Shown: in pieces, positions 48,439-58,140 of the stretch | Numbering within the stretch: position 1 is the first letter of the stretch | How the letters are laid out: every line of letters starts with the position of its first letter | Sequence record: OP292654.1 | Strand: one strand, 5' to 3' | DNA length: 64,000 bases | Made by a program: the position numbers and the translations under genes | The notes under the pieces: model-generated | Database searches by the model: none | The model's input: the letters and a program-made list of their open reading frames with translations, nothing else | Told to the model about the DNA's origin: nothing

Positions 48439-50580
48439 ATGCTTAATATTAAACGCATTACGATGCGTAACTTCTTTTCTTTTGGTAATGCTCCACAAGT
48501 TCTGGAGCTTGACAGTACTGACCTTGCGTTAGTACTTGGTCAAAACAACGATGCATCTGTTGGAGATGACAATGCGGGTCGTAGAAATGGTGTAGGTAAG
48601 TCTGCTATCATTCAAGGTATCGTTTTTGGATTATATGGTAAAAGTATTGGTAACGATATTAAAATACCTAACTTGGTAAACAAGATTAATGCCAAAAACT
48701 GCGAAGTCATTATTGATTTCGAAAAGAACGGTGTTGAATATCGTGTTGAACGTGGGCGTAGCCCCACGTATTTTACTTTCCTTACTCTTAGTGAGGATAA
48801 TGAAGTAATTGATGAATCAAGGGGTGAGAAGAAAGATACACAAGAAGACTTGAATGAGATTCTAGGTATTTCCCAACTTCTATTCGAACATATTGTGGTG
48901 ATGAATGCTAACGTAGAGCCATTTCTCTCTCTATCTCAGCAAAAACAACGTGAAATGATTGAAGAACTCCTTTGTATTACACAATTGACCGAGAAAGCTA
49001 ACCTTCTAAAAGATATGTATCGTGAAACGAAGAATCAAGCAGATCAAGAGAAGTTCAAAATTGAAACTATTACTGCTTCTAATAAGCGTATTCTTCAAAG
49101 TATCGAATCTTTACAACTTCGTGCAAACGAATTTGAACAAAAGAAGGCAAAAACTATCGAATCATTAGTTCAACAACTATCAGATTATGAAGGTATTGAC
49201 TTCACAGCATTATTTGATCTAGCATCAAAGATGGAAGATGCCATTAAACATAACAATGCTCGTACTGTACTGGAAAATCGCTTAGCTCAGGTAGCAGTGA
49301 AACATGAAGAATACTCAGAATCACTAATACAGAAAAAGGAAGCAGTACTAAAGAGTATTGACGAACTTTCTAAGTTCGATATTGCGGCTGAATTAAAATT
49401 ACATGAGGATTTGGAAACCTGGAACACTCTTGACCAGATGTTAAAGGAATTGAAGAACACTAAACGCTTTAAAACACAAGAACTAAATGCTGCTACCTCG
49501 AAAGTTATGCTGATTGGTAATAACATAGAGAAAGCTCAAAAACATTTAGCTTCGTTGGTTGACAACAAGTGTCCAATGTGTGAAAATACTATCCAAGGAA
49601 ATCATAATCATGATAATTTGAAGAAAACAGCAGAGGAAACTCTAGCAGAACTCAATACTAGCTATGAAGCTGCTTGGCATGATATGAATGTACTTACAGT
49701 AGAAGTAGAAAGCATTGAATTGTTCGATATGCCAGAGAAACCAAAGACATATTACCCATCATTGTCTGAAGCTAAGCTACATGAACATAAATTGGAAGAA
49801 TTGAAGAAGAAAAGTACTGAAGAAGAAGTTAATATCTATGATGAAGAATTGATGACACTCTTTGGAGAGTTAGAAAGTACTGAAATCAAGGAATATACTG
49901 AAACATTCAGTACAGATGAAGTGAAAGACCTTCAACGTTCTTTCGACAATCTTATTGCTTCACTGGAACGCGAACAATCATCACAGAATCCATTCTTTGA
50001 ACAAATCGAGACGTTACAAACGAACTCACTTCAACCAGTGGACTATGATGAATATAACAAGCTAGTCAAACTTGCTGATCATCAGGATTATTTGGCAAAA
50101 CTTCTAATGAATAAAGATTCATTCGTTCGTCGCCGTATTATTGAACAAAATATTTCATTCTTGAACAACAGACTTCAGTACTGGATCGAAAAATCAGGTT
50201 CATTACATACAGTGGAGTTCCTAAATGACCTAAGTGTTGATATTGATTTGAATGGTCAATCATATGACTTCAAACAGTTATCACGCGGTGAGCGTACTCG
50301 TGTTATTATTGCGTTGAACCTTGCGTTCCGTGATACATATGAGTCTTTATTCCAGGGTATCAATCTATTGTTGGTGGATGAACTACTAGACAACGGTTTA
50401 GATACTGGTGGTATTGAAAGTTCATGGCATATGCTTCAAGATTTGAGTGCTGTACGTGGTAAGAACATCTTTGTGGTATCTCACCGTGAAGAATTGATTG
50501 GACGTGCTAACTCAATTCTGCGAGTTGTGAAAGAAGATAGTTTCAGTACTATCGAATTTTGCGATGTATTAGACCTATAA
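48439..50580 (+). CDS. gp46: Recombination ATPase, gp46/Rad50/SbcC-like
   Basis: Walker A NGVGKS, CPMC zinc hook, coiled coils, LSRGE signature, LLVDE Walker B. ATG 48439. Confidence 0.95.
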   Translation: MLNIKRITMRNFFSFGNAPQVLELDSTDLALVLGQNNDASVGDDNAGRRNGVGKSAIIQGIVFGLYGKSIGNDIKIPNLVNKINAKNCEVIIDFEKNGVEYRVERGRSPTYFTFLTLSEDNEVIDESRGEKKDTQEDLNEILGISQLLFEHIVVMNANVEPFLSLSQQKQREMIEELLCITQLTEKANLLKDMYRETKNQADQEKFKIETITASNKRILQSIESLQLRANEFEQKKAKTIESLVQQLSDYEGIDFTALFDLASKMEDAIKHNNARTVLENRLAQVAVKHEEYSESLIQKKEAVLKSIDELSKFDIAAELKLHEDLETWNTLDQMLKELKNTKRFKTQELNAATSKVMLIGNNIEKAQKHLASLVDNKCPMCENTIQGNHNHDNLKKTAEETLAELNTSYEAAWHDMNVLTVEVESIELFDMPEKPKTYYPSLSEAKLHEHKLEELKKKSTEEEVNIYDEELMTLFGELESTEIKEYTETFSTDEVKDLQRSFDNLIASLEREQSSQNPFFEQIETLQTNSLQPVDYDEYNKLVKLADHQDYLAKLLMNKDSFVRRRIIEQNISFLNNRLQYWIEKSGSLHTVEFLNDLSVDIDLNGQSYDFKQLSRGERTRVIIALNLAFRDTYESLFQGINLLLVDELLDNGLDTGGIESSWHMLQDLSAVRGKNIFVVSHREELIGRANSILRVVKEDSFSTIEFCDVLDL

Positions 50581-50582
50581 AC

Positions 50583-50608
50583 AAAAAGGAGCCATCAGGC
50601 TCCTTTTT
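50583..50608. terminator. Bidirectional terminator
   Basis: aaaaaggagcc-atca-ggctccttttt. Confidence 0.85.
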
Positions 50609-51077
50609 TTATTTGTGTCATATCTAATTGACCACTTTTAATTAATTTACGAGCTTGATTTGCTCGTTTAGAAGTATTAGACTCTGGAACAACACCAAAT
50701 GATTCAAGTACTGAACATTGTTGTGCCGCTGGTAATGCTTTGAACTTTTTAACATCAATAGTAAGTGCTGTATGATGTATAGCAGTTTCTGAATAATCTT
50801 GTTCATAATAATCTGCTAGATTTCTTAATATTGTTGGTAGATTTTTATCAGTTAAATGCTTAATATATCTATCGAACGCATTTTGTACTTTACCTTCAAA
50901 TGAGTTAACTGTTCTATCAAGAACAGCACGACACTCTTGTTCTCCCTTGTGATTATGGTCAAGTACTGGATCAGTTATTTTCTCTTTAGTAATTGGATCT
51001 AATCCTTTTTGTTTTTTAAGTAGTTCCTGCCTGTATTTGGCAGCTTCCACAGAATTTTTTAACCTTTCCCTTTTCAT
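50595..51077 (-). CDS. gp49: Holliday junction resolvase, T4 endonuclease VII (gp49)-like
   Basis: QKG...LDHNH...RAVL...NSFEG...LRNLADY...IH colinear with recalled T4 EndoVII. Catalytic D-H and N kept. Confidence 0.85.
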   Translation of the reverse strand: MKRERLKNSVEAAKYRQELLKKQKGLDPITKEKITDPVLDHNHKGEQECRAVLDRTVNSFEGKVQNAFDRYIKHLTDKNLPTILRNLADYYEQDYSETAIHHTALTIDVKKFKALPAAQQCSVLESFGVVPESNTSKRANQARKLIKSGQLDMTQIKKGA

Positions 51078-51121
51078 TATAATTCCTCAAAAAGTTCTTC
51101 TACAGTATTTACAAATATCGT

Positions 51122-51149
51122 GGAACGACTTAAAAAAATCTGGTATAAT
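51122..51149 (+). promoter_or_regulatory. Phage non-late promoter GGAACG-N16-TATAAT with no downstream gene
   Basis: ggaacg 51122-51127, ctggtataat ending 51149. Confidence 0.8.
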
Positions 51150-51154
51150 GATAG

Positions 51155-51847
51155 GACAACCCTGCTTGGCTATGCGAAAGTATAGACAAATAAACAGTCG
51201 CTGATGAAAATGTAATTGGCACAATGAGAAGTTCAAGCAGTTCGAAGTGCAGAAGAAACCCGTTAGGAGATGGCATAGTTTGTACCACCCACGGCAATAC
51301 GGCACTATAAAGATGTTCACTAAGCTGATAGAACATCCTCGATAGATATATAGGAACCGACCCTACGAATAAGCTAAGGGAATTTTTCTGAAGAAGAATT
51401 TTACGGTCAATTTTTATACAATATTGATCCGTCCAAAATTCCAGAAGAATAGGTACTGAATTTGATTGCATGGATTTAGTACTGAGTGAGGTAAGCCCTC
51501 GACCGTTGTATAAGACCGTAATAGTGAGAAACAGAACAACCCGCTTACGTTCTATTGAAAAATAGAAATTTACGATGCAATTAAACGACGACTATCATCG
51601 TCAGAATTGAGTACTTTGATTAGTACTTTTTTTATATCCTTCCCCCAGCGGGGGATGATAAACTCCCCAAATCTCGTCAGTATAAATCGTGTTAAACGTA
51701 TCAATAGAACTGAATTGAGTTGATCAGTACGCAGCGAAGCAAGTACAGAACAACGAAAATTCTTTGACATACGAAGTATGGCAAATCTCAAATAGTACAA
51801 TAATTTCAGACACAAAAAAACCAGCACTAAGGCTGGTTAATTTTTTT
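51155..51847 (+). ncRNA. Candidate large structured non-coding RNA (about 480 or 690 nt)
   Basis: Promoter, no credible ORF, at least 10 hairpins including two GAAA tetraloops and G-U pairs favouring the + strand. Terminator-like ends at 51610-51633 and 51819-51847. Confidence 0.6.
51814..51847. terminator. Terminator, strong for minus-strand genes and plausible for the plus-strand RNA
   Basis: aaaaaaaccagc-actaag-gctggttaattttttt. Confidence 0.75.
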
Positions 51848-52043
51848 AGGATTTATTTTCTTTTTTGACCTTTTTATTGTATTGCTTCACCAGTAGGTCA
51901 CGATCTGTCACAGGCATATTCAAGAGCATTTCATAGCTTGTATTGGTGATATACACCGCTACCTCCATTAAACCATTCTTGATTTCTTCACAGTTCAAAC
52001 GAAGGTCAGCTATTTCCTGCATAGTTTCTTGAGCATCAGCCAT
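51846..52043 (-). CDS. Small baseplate hub assembly / tail chaperone protein (gp51-like)
   Basis: SYEMLLNMPVTDRDLL motif, TAATG-coupled to the gp26-like gene. Confidence 0.6.
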   Translation of the reverse strand: MADAQETMQEIADLRLNCEEIKNGLMEVAVYITNTSYEMLLNMPVTDRDLLVKQYNKKVKKENKS

Positions 52044-52897
52044 TAGAAGCCTTGTACGAAAAAACTGCTAGGGTCAAATTGTAGATTCTCTAGTGTCCAT
52101 TCATGACCACATTCTGAACATCCAACATCCATCTCATGACTAACACCAACATTGTTAATAAAGTTAGCTTTGTCACGAATTTGACGAAGTACAAATGCTG
52201 GTTGTTGACCAAGCCATTCTGCGATAAATTTCTGATCAGAAACTTTATCCCCATCTGCTGTTTCAATATAGTCGATATTAGCGACTGTCATATCAAAACT
52301 CAATTGAGTCATAATTTCAAAAATATCACTGAAGTGTTTCATCTTTTCTTCATCAGTTAAATCTGCCTGTTCAAGACTACGAGCTTTCTTTTGTTCGATA
52401 AACATTTTCTGACTAAATTCAGAGTGTTCAGCCCAAGTATGAGGCTTAAATTTCAATAGTAAACCACCCACTTCTTCAAGTAGTAGTTCTGGTTGTTCAT
52501 CTAGTAATTCAGCACTTGCTAATAGTGCTTCTAAGTTTCGCTCAAACGCACCATGATGACTACAGTTAGGACATTCAACTTCGATATTATATGTCGTTTC
52601 TTTTGTTGCGATTTTGATACCAATAAGTAGTAATTCTACATCTGGTACAAAAAGTTTACGAGCATCAGCAACATTAGGAACACAGTTTTCAATAACACTT
52701 GCTACTGCTTCACCATTAATCAATGCGTCTGGATTATTGAACATAAGTTCATCACGTGCTGAACGAGCACAAATACCACATTCAACAGTTTCATTATTCA
52801 ACACACCTTTTGGGTATGGAATAACATTATTACTCACAAGTTTAGTATAAAGTACTTCTACTTTAGTGTACTTGGATAAAGGGTTCATCTTATTCAT
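52043..52897 (-). CDS. Baseplate hub subunit, T4 gp26-like
   Basis: ARDELMFNNPDALING...VIENCVP...DVELLLIGIKIAT, two CxxC motifs. ATG 52897 after GGAG. Confidence 0.8.
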   Translation of the reverse strand: MNKMNPLSKYTKVEVLYTKLVSNNVIPYPKGVLNNETVECGICARSARDELMFNNPDALINGEAVASVIENCVPNVADARKLFVPDVELLLIGIKIATKETTYNIEVECPNCSHHGAFERNLEALLASAELLDEQPELLLEEVGGLLLKFKPHTWAEHSEFSQKMFIEQKKARSLEQADLTDEEKMKHFSDIFEIMTQLSFDMTVANIDYIETADGDKVSDQKFIAEWLGQQPAFVLRQIRDKANFINNVGVSHEMDVGCSECGHEWTLENLQFDPSSFFVQGF

Positions 52898-52909
52898 ATT
52901 GACTCCATA

Positions 52910-52949
52910 ATAAATACGACTATACATGAATTTGTATACAATATTTATA
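52910..52949. promoter_or_regulatory. Face-to-face late promoters
   Basis: ATAAATA on plus at 52910-52916 and TATAAATA on minus at 52942-52949. Confidence 0.65.
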
Positions 52950-52960
52950 AGGAAAATCAC

Positions 52961-55126
52961 ATGGCGGGAATTGGCAACAACGACTATATTCAACAACAAT
53001 TGTTGGATCAAAGCGTAGCTATGAATGATAATTTAAGTGCGATGCGTACAGTACTACTTGATATTAAGAAGAACACTAATAAGGGTTCTGGCTCAGGTGG
53101 TTCTGGTGGTGGCAACAATGATTCAGGAAACGGCGGTGGTCCAAGTGGTGGCGGCTCTGGTGGATCAGGTGGTGCGTTTAAGAATGCATTTAAAGATTTA
53201 TTCGGCGAAGCACAAAACATTGGTAGAACCATGTTGGGTAACAGTGGTTCTATCCAGAATACTGTAGGCTCATTTACTTCTGGAGCTAAAGTACTTCAAA
53301 ATTCATTAGGTAAACTACCAGGACCAATTGGGATGGCAGCTACCGCATTCTTACAAATAGTTCAAGTTGGTGGAATGGTTTATGAATACATGAATGAACA
53401 ATTAAACATGTATAATGAACTAAACTCTGCTGGTCTTACTCTATCTGATGGTATGCTAACAGTACGTAAAGGTGCTGCTGGTGCTTTCATGAGCATTAAT
53501 GATTTTAGTGGTGCGATTAAGCGTAACAGTCAAGAATTGGCTGCTATGGAAGGTCAATATGGGGATGGTGTAGAACACTTTGGTAAATTAATAAATACCG
53601 TCCAACTTGCTCAAGATAAAATGGGTCTTTATGGTGTATCTCAGCAACAATTAGCTGATATTACAGCAAAGAACTATAAATTTGAAAAGATGTATGCTGG
53701 TGAACAAAGTTTACGTAGCATGTCTGAATCACAAAGTACTGAAAAATTTGTCGGTACTATGACATATCTAAGTAAGACTGTAGGTAAGAGTGTTGATGAA
53801 CTATTGAAATCATTTGATAGTATGTCAGATACTGTAGATTCTGAAGTAACAGAACAAGCATTAAAACAACGATTCGGCTTTAGTGATGATAAAGCTGCTC
53901 AGGTAAACAAAACATTTAACTCTGTATATGCGAGTATGGGAAAATCTGGTGAGACACTACAGAAATTAATGTCCAGCAAAAATTTCCAAAACATGTTACC
54001 TGATGAATACAATAACAACTTTACTCAATTGTACACTAATCAGTTACAGCAATTACAAGCTGCTGGTGTCACTGATGAAAAACAAGCACGTAGAGCAATG
54101 TCACAATGGGTTAAAGAACACCAAGACATGTTAGACATGGAAATTGGTAATCAGACCTTAATGAACAATACTGCTGCGGCAGCTTGGTTGAAACAATTAA
54201 AGACTCAAGAAGCATTATTGAATGATCCTAAAAATAACCCAACACCACTATTTGAAAATATGACACAACGTTTCAATAACTGGATTGGGAAGACATTTAC
54301 TGAACCATTTAATACGTTTTATGCTAAAACTGCGGAAGATGCATCAAAATATCTAACCGATTTAGCTGATAACAGTACTGATGCTTGGGATTTTATGTCC
54401 AAACTAGCTACTGATGCTTTTACTAAATTTAATTCTGGTATGTTAGGGCCATTTGGAGCTTTAACTGAAATACCAGGTAAGATTATGTCAATGATTTTCG
54501 GTGATTCATGGAAAGGTGTTTCAGATGCGTTCCTTAATTTAGGTGGAGACTTAGTTCAAGTTCCTATTCGTATTGGTAAGTTGATTTGGGAAATGTTCAC
54601 TGGTTCAGAAGGTGATATTGATCAAGCTGGTAAAGAAATGATGGGTTCCATCAAGAAAATTTTCTCTGATGTTATTGGTGTTTTCACTAATATTGGTAAT
54701 TTGAGTATTAATTTTGATGATGTTAAGACTAAATTTTTAGATGCGTTTAATTCATTGAAGAATAAGTTATCCAGTATGTGGGATAGAGTAAAAGGTTGGT
54801 GGAATGATTCGGAAGAACCAGAAGAAGCTAAGCCTGAACCTCCAAAACCTGCTCCAGCAGCACCACCAACAGCATCACAACCAACAAACGTAGGTAATCA
54901 AACCGTAACAGCAAAAACTGAGATAACTAAACCTGTCAAGGTCGAACAAGCCGACCAATCTTCACCAATTACCGAGCAACAAACTGCTTCCAATGGTCAA
55001 GAAGACATGAATAAGGTATTAAATGAGATACTAAATAGTATACAATCACAAAATTCGAATGCTAATCAAACTGCTCTTATTTTGCGTCAGATTGCTGAAA
55101 ATACTGAACCACCTCGAAATGTATAA
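52961..55126 (+). CDS. Putative tape measure / hub protein (T4 gp29-like)
   Basis: Long helical A/G/L/M-rich ORF divergent from the gp26-like gene, with W/F periodic repeats in the C-terminal half. Confidence 0.6.
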   Translation: MAGIGNNDYIQQQLLDQSVAMNDNLSAMRTVLLDIKKNTNKGSGSGGSGGGNNDSGNGGGPSGGGSGGSGGAFKNAFKDLFGEAQNIGRTMLGNSGSIQNTVGSFTSGAKVLQNSLGKLPGPIGMAATAFLQIVQVGGMVYEYMNEQLNMYNELNSAGLTLSDGMLTVRKGAAGAFMSINDFSGAIKRNSQELAAMEGQYGDGVEHFGKLINTVQLAQDKMGLYGVSQQQLADITAKNYKFEKMYAGEQSLRSMSESQSTEKFVGTMTYLSKTVGKSVDELLKSFDSMSDTVDSEVTEQALKQRFGFSDDKAAQVNKTFNSVYASMGKSGETLQKLMSSKNFQNMLPDEYNNNFTQLYTNQLQQLQAAGVTDEKQARRAMSQWVKEHQDMLDMEIGNQTLMNNTAAAAWLKQLKTQEALLNDPKNNPTPLFENMTQRFNNWIGKTFTEPFNTFYAKTAEDASKYLTDLADNSTDAWDFMSKLATDAFTKFNSGMLGPFGALTEIPGKIMSMIFGDSWKGVSDAFLNLGGDLVQVPIRIGKLIWEMFTGSEGDIDQAGKEMMGSIKKIFSDVIGVFTNIGNLSINFDDVKTKFLDAFNSLKNKLSSMWDRVKGWWNDSEEPEEAKPEPPKPAPAAPPTASQPTNVGNQTVTAKTEITKPVKVEQADQSSPITEQQTASNGQEDMNKVLNEILNSIQSQNSNANQTALILRQIAENTEPPRNV

Positions 55127-55143
55127 ATGGAGTTATATAAAAT

Positions 55144-56880
55144 ATGAGTTGGCAACGACATATGACACTAGGACGTTCGAAATTATCGACCGTTCCTCAA
55201 CAAAATGCTATGGCTCAGCCTGGTGGTTCTAAGACGAATTTTTCATCTTACCTACCCGCTGTATATACTGGCCTATCAAACCGTGTTGACCGATATCGTC
55301 AATACGATCAAATGGATCAAGACCCTGAAATTAGAACCGCTTTAAACATTATTGCGGATTTCTGTACTCAAAGTACTAAAGATTTCGGTTTACCATTCCA
55401 AATTCAGTATAAAGATACGATGGGCGATACTGAAGTTACAACTTTAGAAGATCGCCTTGAATCATGGTCTGATTTAAACGAATTTAAAATGAGAATCTAC
55501 GATATTATTCGTGGAATTCTAAAATACGGCGATCAGTTCTTTATTCGTGATCCAGAAACCTTTGTTTGGTATTGGGTTAACCCAATGAACGTTGATAAAG
55601 TACTGGTAAACAACGCAACTGGTAAAACACCAATTGTTTACTTTATGCGTGATGTTCATTTGAACTTACATGATAAGGTAATGAGTAATTTACAAATCGG
55701 CTTTGATAAACAAGCTTATCCAGGAACATTACCTAACTCTTTAGCTAGTTCAGGAAATCAATATGGTTCTCTAGGTAGTGCTGGTGGTTCTGGTTCTGAT
55801 AGTTCAGGACAATTCGGTACTGGTGGACAATTAGATGTTCTTCCAGTAGCGGCAGAACACGTAATTCACTTATCATTAAATACCGGACAAGATCCTTTCT
55901 GGCCTTTTGGTACTAGTATTCTTGAAAATATTTTCAAAGTATACAAACAAAAAGAACTTCTAGAAGATAGTATTATTATCTATCGTGTTCAACGTGCTCC
56001 TGAGCGTCGCGTCTTTAAAATTGACGTTGGTGATATGCAACCGCATCAGGCAATGGCATTTGTTGAACGTGTTAAAAATGATATTCATCAGCGTCGTATT
56101 CCATCAAATAAAGGTGGCAGTACATCACTAATGGATGCTGCTTATAACCCACTAAGTATTCTTGAAGACTATTTCTTCCCTCAAACAGCGGAAGGTCGTG
56201 GTTCTTCAGTAGAAACATTGCCAGGTGGTGATAATCTAGGACAAATTGATGATTTACGTTACTTCAACAATAAATTGATTCGTGGTCTACAGATTCCTGC
56301 TTCATATCTACCTATGGGTCCAGATGATGGAGGTGTTGCTTTGTTTGGTGATGGTGCTACACAAGCAATGGCTAGTGAATTGCGTTTTAACAATGAATGT
56401 ATGCGTTATCAACGTATAGTTTCTAGAACTTTCGATTCTGAATTCAAACGTTATATGCTAAAAAATGGATATAACATTAGTGCATCTTCCTTTGAAGTTA
56501 CATTTAATCCACCAATGAACTTTGCGGCGAATCGTAAAGCTGAAATGGATGCTAAATTGATTCAAACATATATGCCTTTGAATGATCTCAAGTACTTCTC
56601 TAAACAGTTCATTATGAAGAAAATGGGCTTTGAGCAGGATGAAATTGTTGAAAATGAACAACTATGGCTACAGGAAAATCCTGAAGCAGCTAATGCTGGC
56701 GGCCCAGAAGCCCCAGGTTCTGATGCTGGATTACAGTCTGTTGGTATTGAATCCCCTAATAATCCTGAACAGGATTTAGGTATTGATGATGAAGGTAACT
56801 TAGATAGTGCTGATTCTGAATACCAAGATTCACAAGGTGATGGTGGATTTGACCCAAATAGTTTAGGTAATTCATTTTAA
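55144..56880 (+). CDS. gp20: Portal protein, T4 gp20-like
   Basis: LLEDSIIIYRVQRAPERRVFKIDVG, LEDYFFPQ..EGRGSSVETLPGG.NLG.IDD. Confidence 0.96.
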   Translation: MSWQRHMTLGRSKLSTVPQQNAMAQPGGSKTNFSSYLPAVYTGLSNRVDRYRQYDQMDQDPEIRTALNIIADFCTQSTKDFGLPFQIQYKDTMGDTEVTTLEDRLESWSDLNEFKMRIYDIIRGILKYGDQFFIRDPETFVWYWVNPMNVDKVLVNNATGKTPIVYFMRDVHLNLHDKVMSNLQIGFDKQAYPGTLPNSLASSGNQYGSLGSAGGSGSDSSGQFGTGGQLDVLPVAAEHVIHLSLNTGQDPFWPFGTSILENIFKVYKQKELLEDSIIIYRVQRAPERRVFKIDVGDMQPHQAMAFVERVKNDIHQRRIPSNKGGSTSLMDAAYNPLSILEDYFFPQTAEGRGSSVETLPGGDNLGQIDDLRYFNNKLIRGLQIPASYLPMGPDDGGVALFGDGATQAMASELRFNNECMRYQRIVSRTFDSEFKRYMLKNGYNISASSFEVTFNPPMNFAANRKAEMDAKLIQTYMPLNDLKYFSKQFIMKKMGFEQDEIVENEQLWLQENPEAANAGGPEAPGSDAGLQSVGIESPNNPEQDLGIDDEGNLDSADSEYQDSQGDGGFDPNSLGNSF

Positions 56881-56940
56881 CAGTCATAAATAGTTATGAT
56901 TCGTTCATTTGAACGATTAATATAATTAAGGATATAGGTT

Positions 56941-57174
56941 ATGTTGGACGAAATTTTTGAAGCTAAAGATGATTCTATGTACGACCCTGAAGATGATCAG
57001 ACTGTATATAAAATTACCGATACTCGTAAACCTAAATTGACATTACAAATTCTCAACAACTTGAGAAAGTACAGAGAATTTAAAAAGAACGAAGCTGCTA
57101 AACGTGACGCAGTAGTAGCAGTGGTTTATGCCGCTGCACCTTCTGATGATCAATCTGGTGGTGGGATGATGTAA
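56941..57174 (+). CDS. Small head-assembly-region protein
   Basis: Between portal and protease, late promoter at 56886-56892, DTRKPKLTL motif. Confidence 0.7.
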   Translation: MLDEIFEAKDDSMYDPEDDQTVYKITDTRKPKLTLQILNNLRKYREFKKNEAAKRDAVVAVVYAAAPSDDQSGGGMM

Positions 57175-57281
57175 TTTATGGCAAAAAGTACCATTTTTAA
57201 GCTTTTTTGAAAATGGTATTTTTTAAGGCTATAAATAAGGACATACCAAAATAAATTTTTGTATATCTTTTGGAGGATATA

Positions 57282-58121
57282 ATGGCAAATATTAAACTAT
57301 TGCAAGAAGCTATCCAAGCTTTTGCGAATGGCGACAGTGAAGTAGCTGACCGTAAGATGCGTAAGTACTTTGTTGAAACCGCACAAGAAATTAATAAGAA
57401 ACTTTCTGAAGAAATGGATTCTGAAGAAGAAGAAATGTGTGAAGATGTTGAAACTGGTGAAGCAGACGACATGGAAGAAGATGTTGGTTACAAGCTAAAC
57501 GAAGAAGAAGACCTTGAAGAAGGTATGTTCGGCGGCGACATTAGCGGTAATTCTGTAAACATCGGTAATGGACTAGGTGAAGCTGATGAAGATCCAACAG
57601 ATGATGCTGGTGATGAATTCGGTGGTGACGAAGGTCATTCTGCTGGAGCTGCACCTGATGCTGACCAATGGGAAGAAATCAAAGATGCTTTCGATGCTCT
57701 AGAACGTATGTTCGATGAAATTGAAGGTGGCGATGCTGATTTCGGTGATGACGAATTCTCCGGTGACGAAGAAGGTCAAGACGATGATTTCGGTGATGTA
57801 GACTTTGGTGATGAACATGTTGATGAATCTTTCCAAATGAAGAAAGTTTCTGAACCTGAAAAATCAGAAAAAGCTGGTGTTAACAAGAAATCAGTAGTTG
57901 CTAAAAACGCTAAATCTCCAGTAGATGGTGTTAAGCCAGTAACTATTAAAGATGGTTCTGTAGATGCAACAGATGACAAATTCGAAAACTCAGATGCTAT
58001 GAGCGTTAAAGTTGAAGATAATAACAACGTTATGGATAACGGTAAACACGTTATGAAACCTGCTAAAACTCCAACCAACACTGCTGAAAAATCTAAGTCA
58101 GTACTACCAAAACAAAAATAA
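57282..58121 (+). CDS. Acidic prohead core protein (gp67/gp68-like position)
   Basis: ATG 57282 after GGAGG, TATAAATA at 57230-57237, extreme D/E content, repeated LxE motifs. Confidence 0.7.
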   Translation: MANIKLLQEAIQAFANGDSEVADRKMRKYFVETAQEINKKLSEEMDSEEEEMCEDVETGEADDMEEDVGYKLNEEEDLEEGMFGGDISGNSVNIGNGLGEADEDPTDDAGDEFGGDEGHSAGAAPDADQWEEIKDAFDALERMFDEIEGGDADFGDDEFSGDEEGQDDDFGDVDFGDEHVDESFQMKKVSEPEKSEKAGVNKKSVVAKNAKSPVDGVKPVTIKDGSVDATDDKFENSDAMSVKVEDNNNVMDNGKHVMKPAKTPTNTAEKSKSVLPKQK

Positions 58122-58140
58122 TTAAAGAAGGAAGATCATA

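Noticed and set aside
51531-51548. ACAGAACAACCCGCTTAC resembles the RNase P RNA CR-V (ACAGAACCCGGCUUA)
   Set aside because: The matching GGAAAGUCC CR-I / P4 partner is absent, so RNase P was not called. No tmRNA tRNA-like ends or group I P7 core were recognised either.
51087-51827. Track ORFs 51087..51320(-), 51130..51471(-), 51570..51827(-) and a 28-codon plus ORF at 51224
   Set aside because: No SD, atypical composition, and overlap with promoter or terminator elements. The AGGAG at about 51265 is followed directly by ATG-GCA-TAG.
51846-52897. Programmed frameshift between the gp26-like and gp51-like ORFs (lambda G/GT style)
   Set aside because: The junction is an ordinary TAATG translational coupling and no canonical slippery heptamer was identified at it.
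53060-53175. Gly/Ser-rich repeat (GGSGG) in the tape-measure-like gene as a possible repeat element
   Set aside because: It is a low-complexity protein linker with no independent DNA repeat structure.
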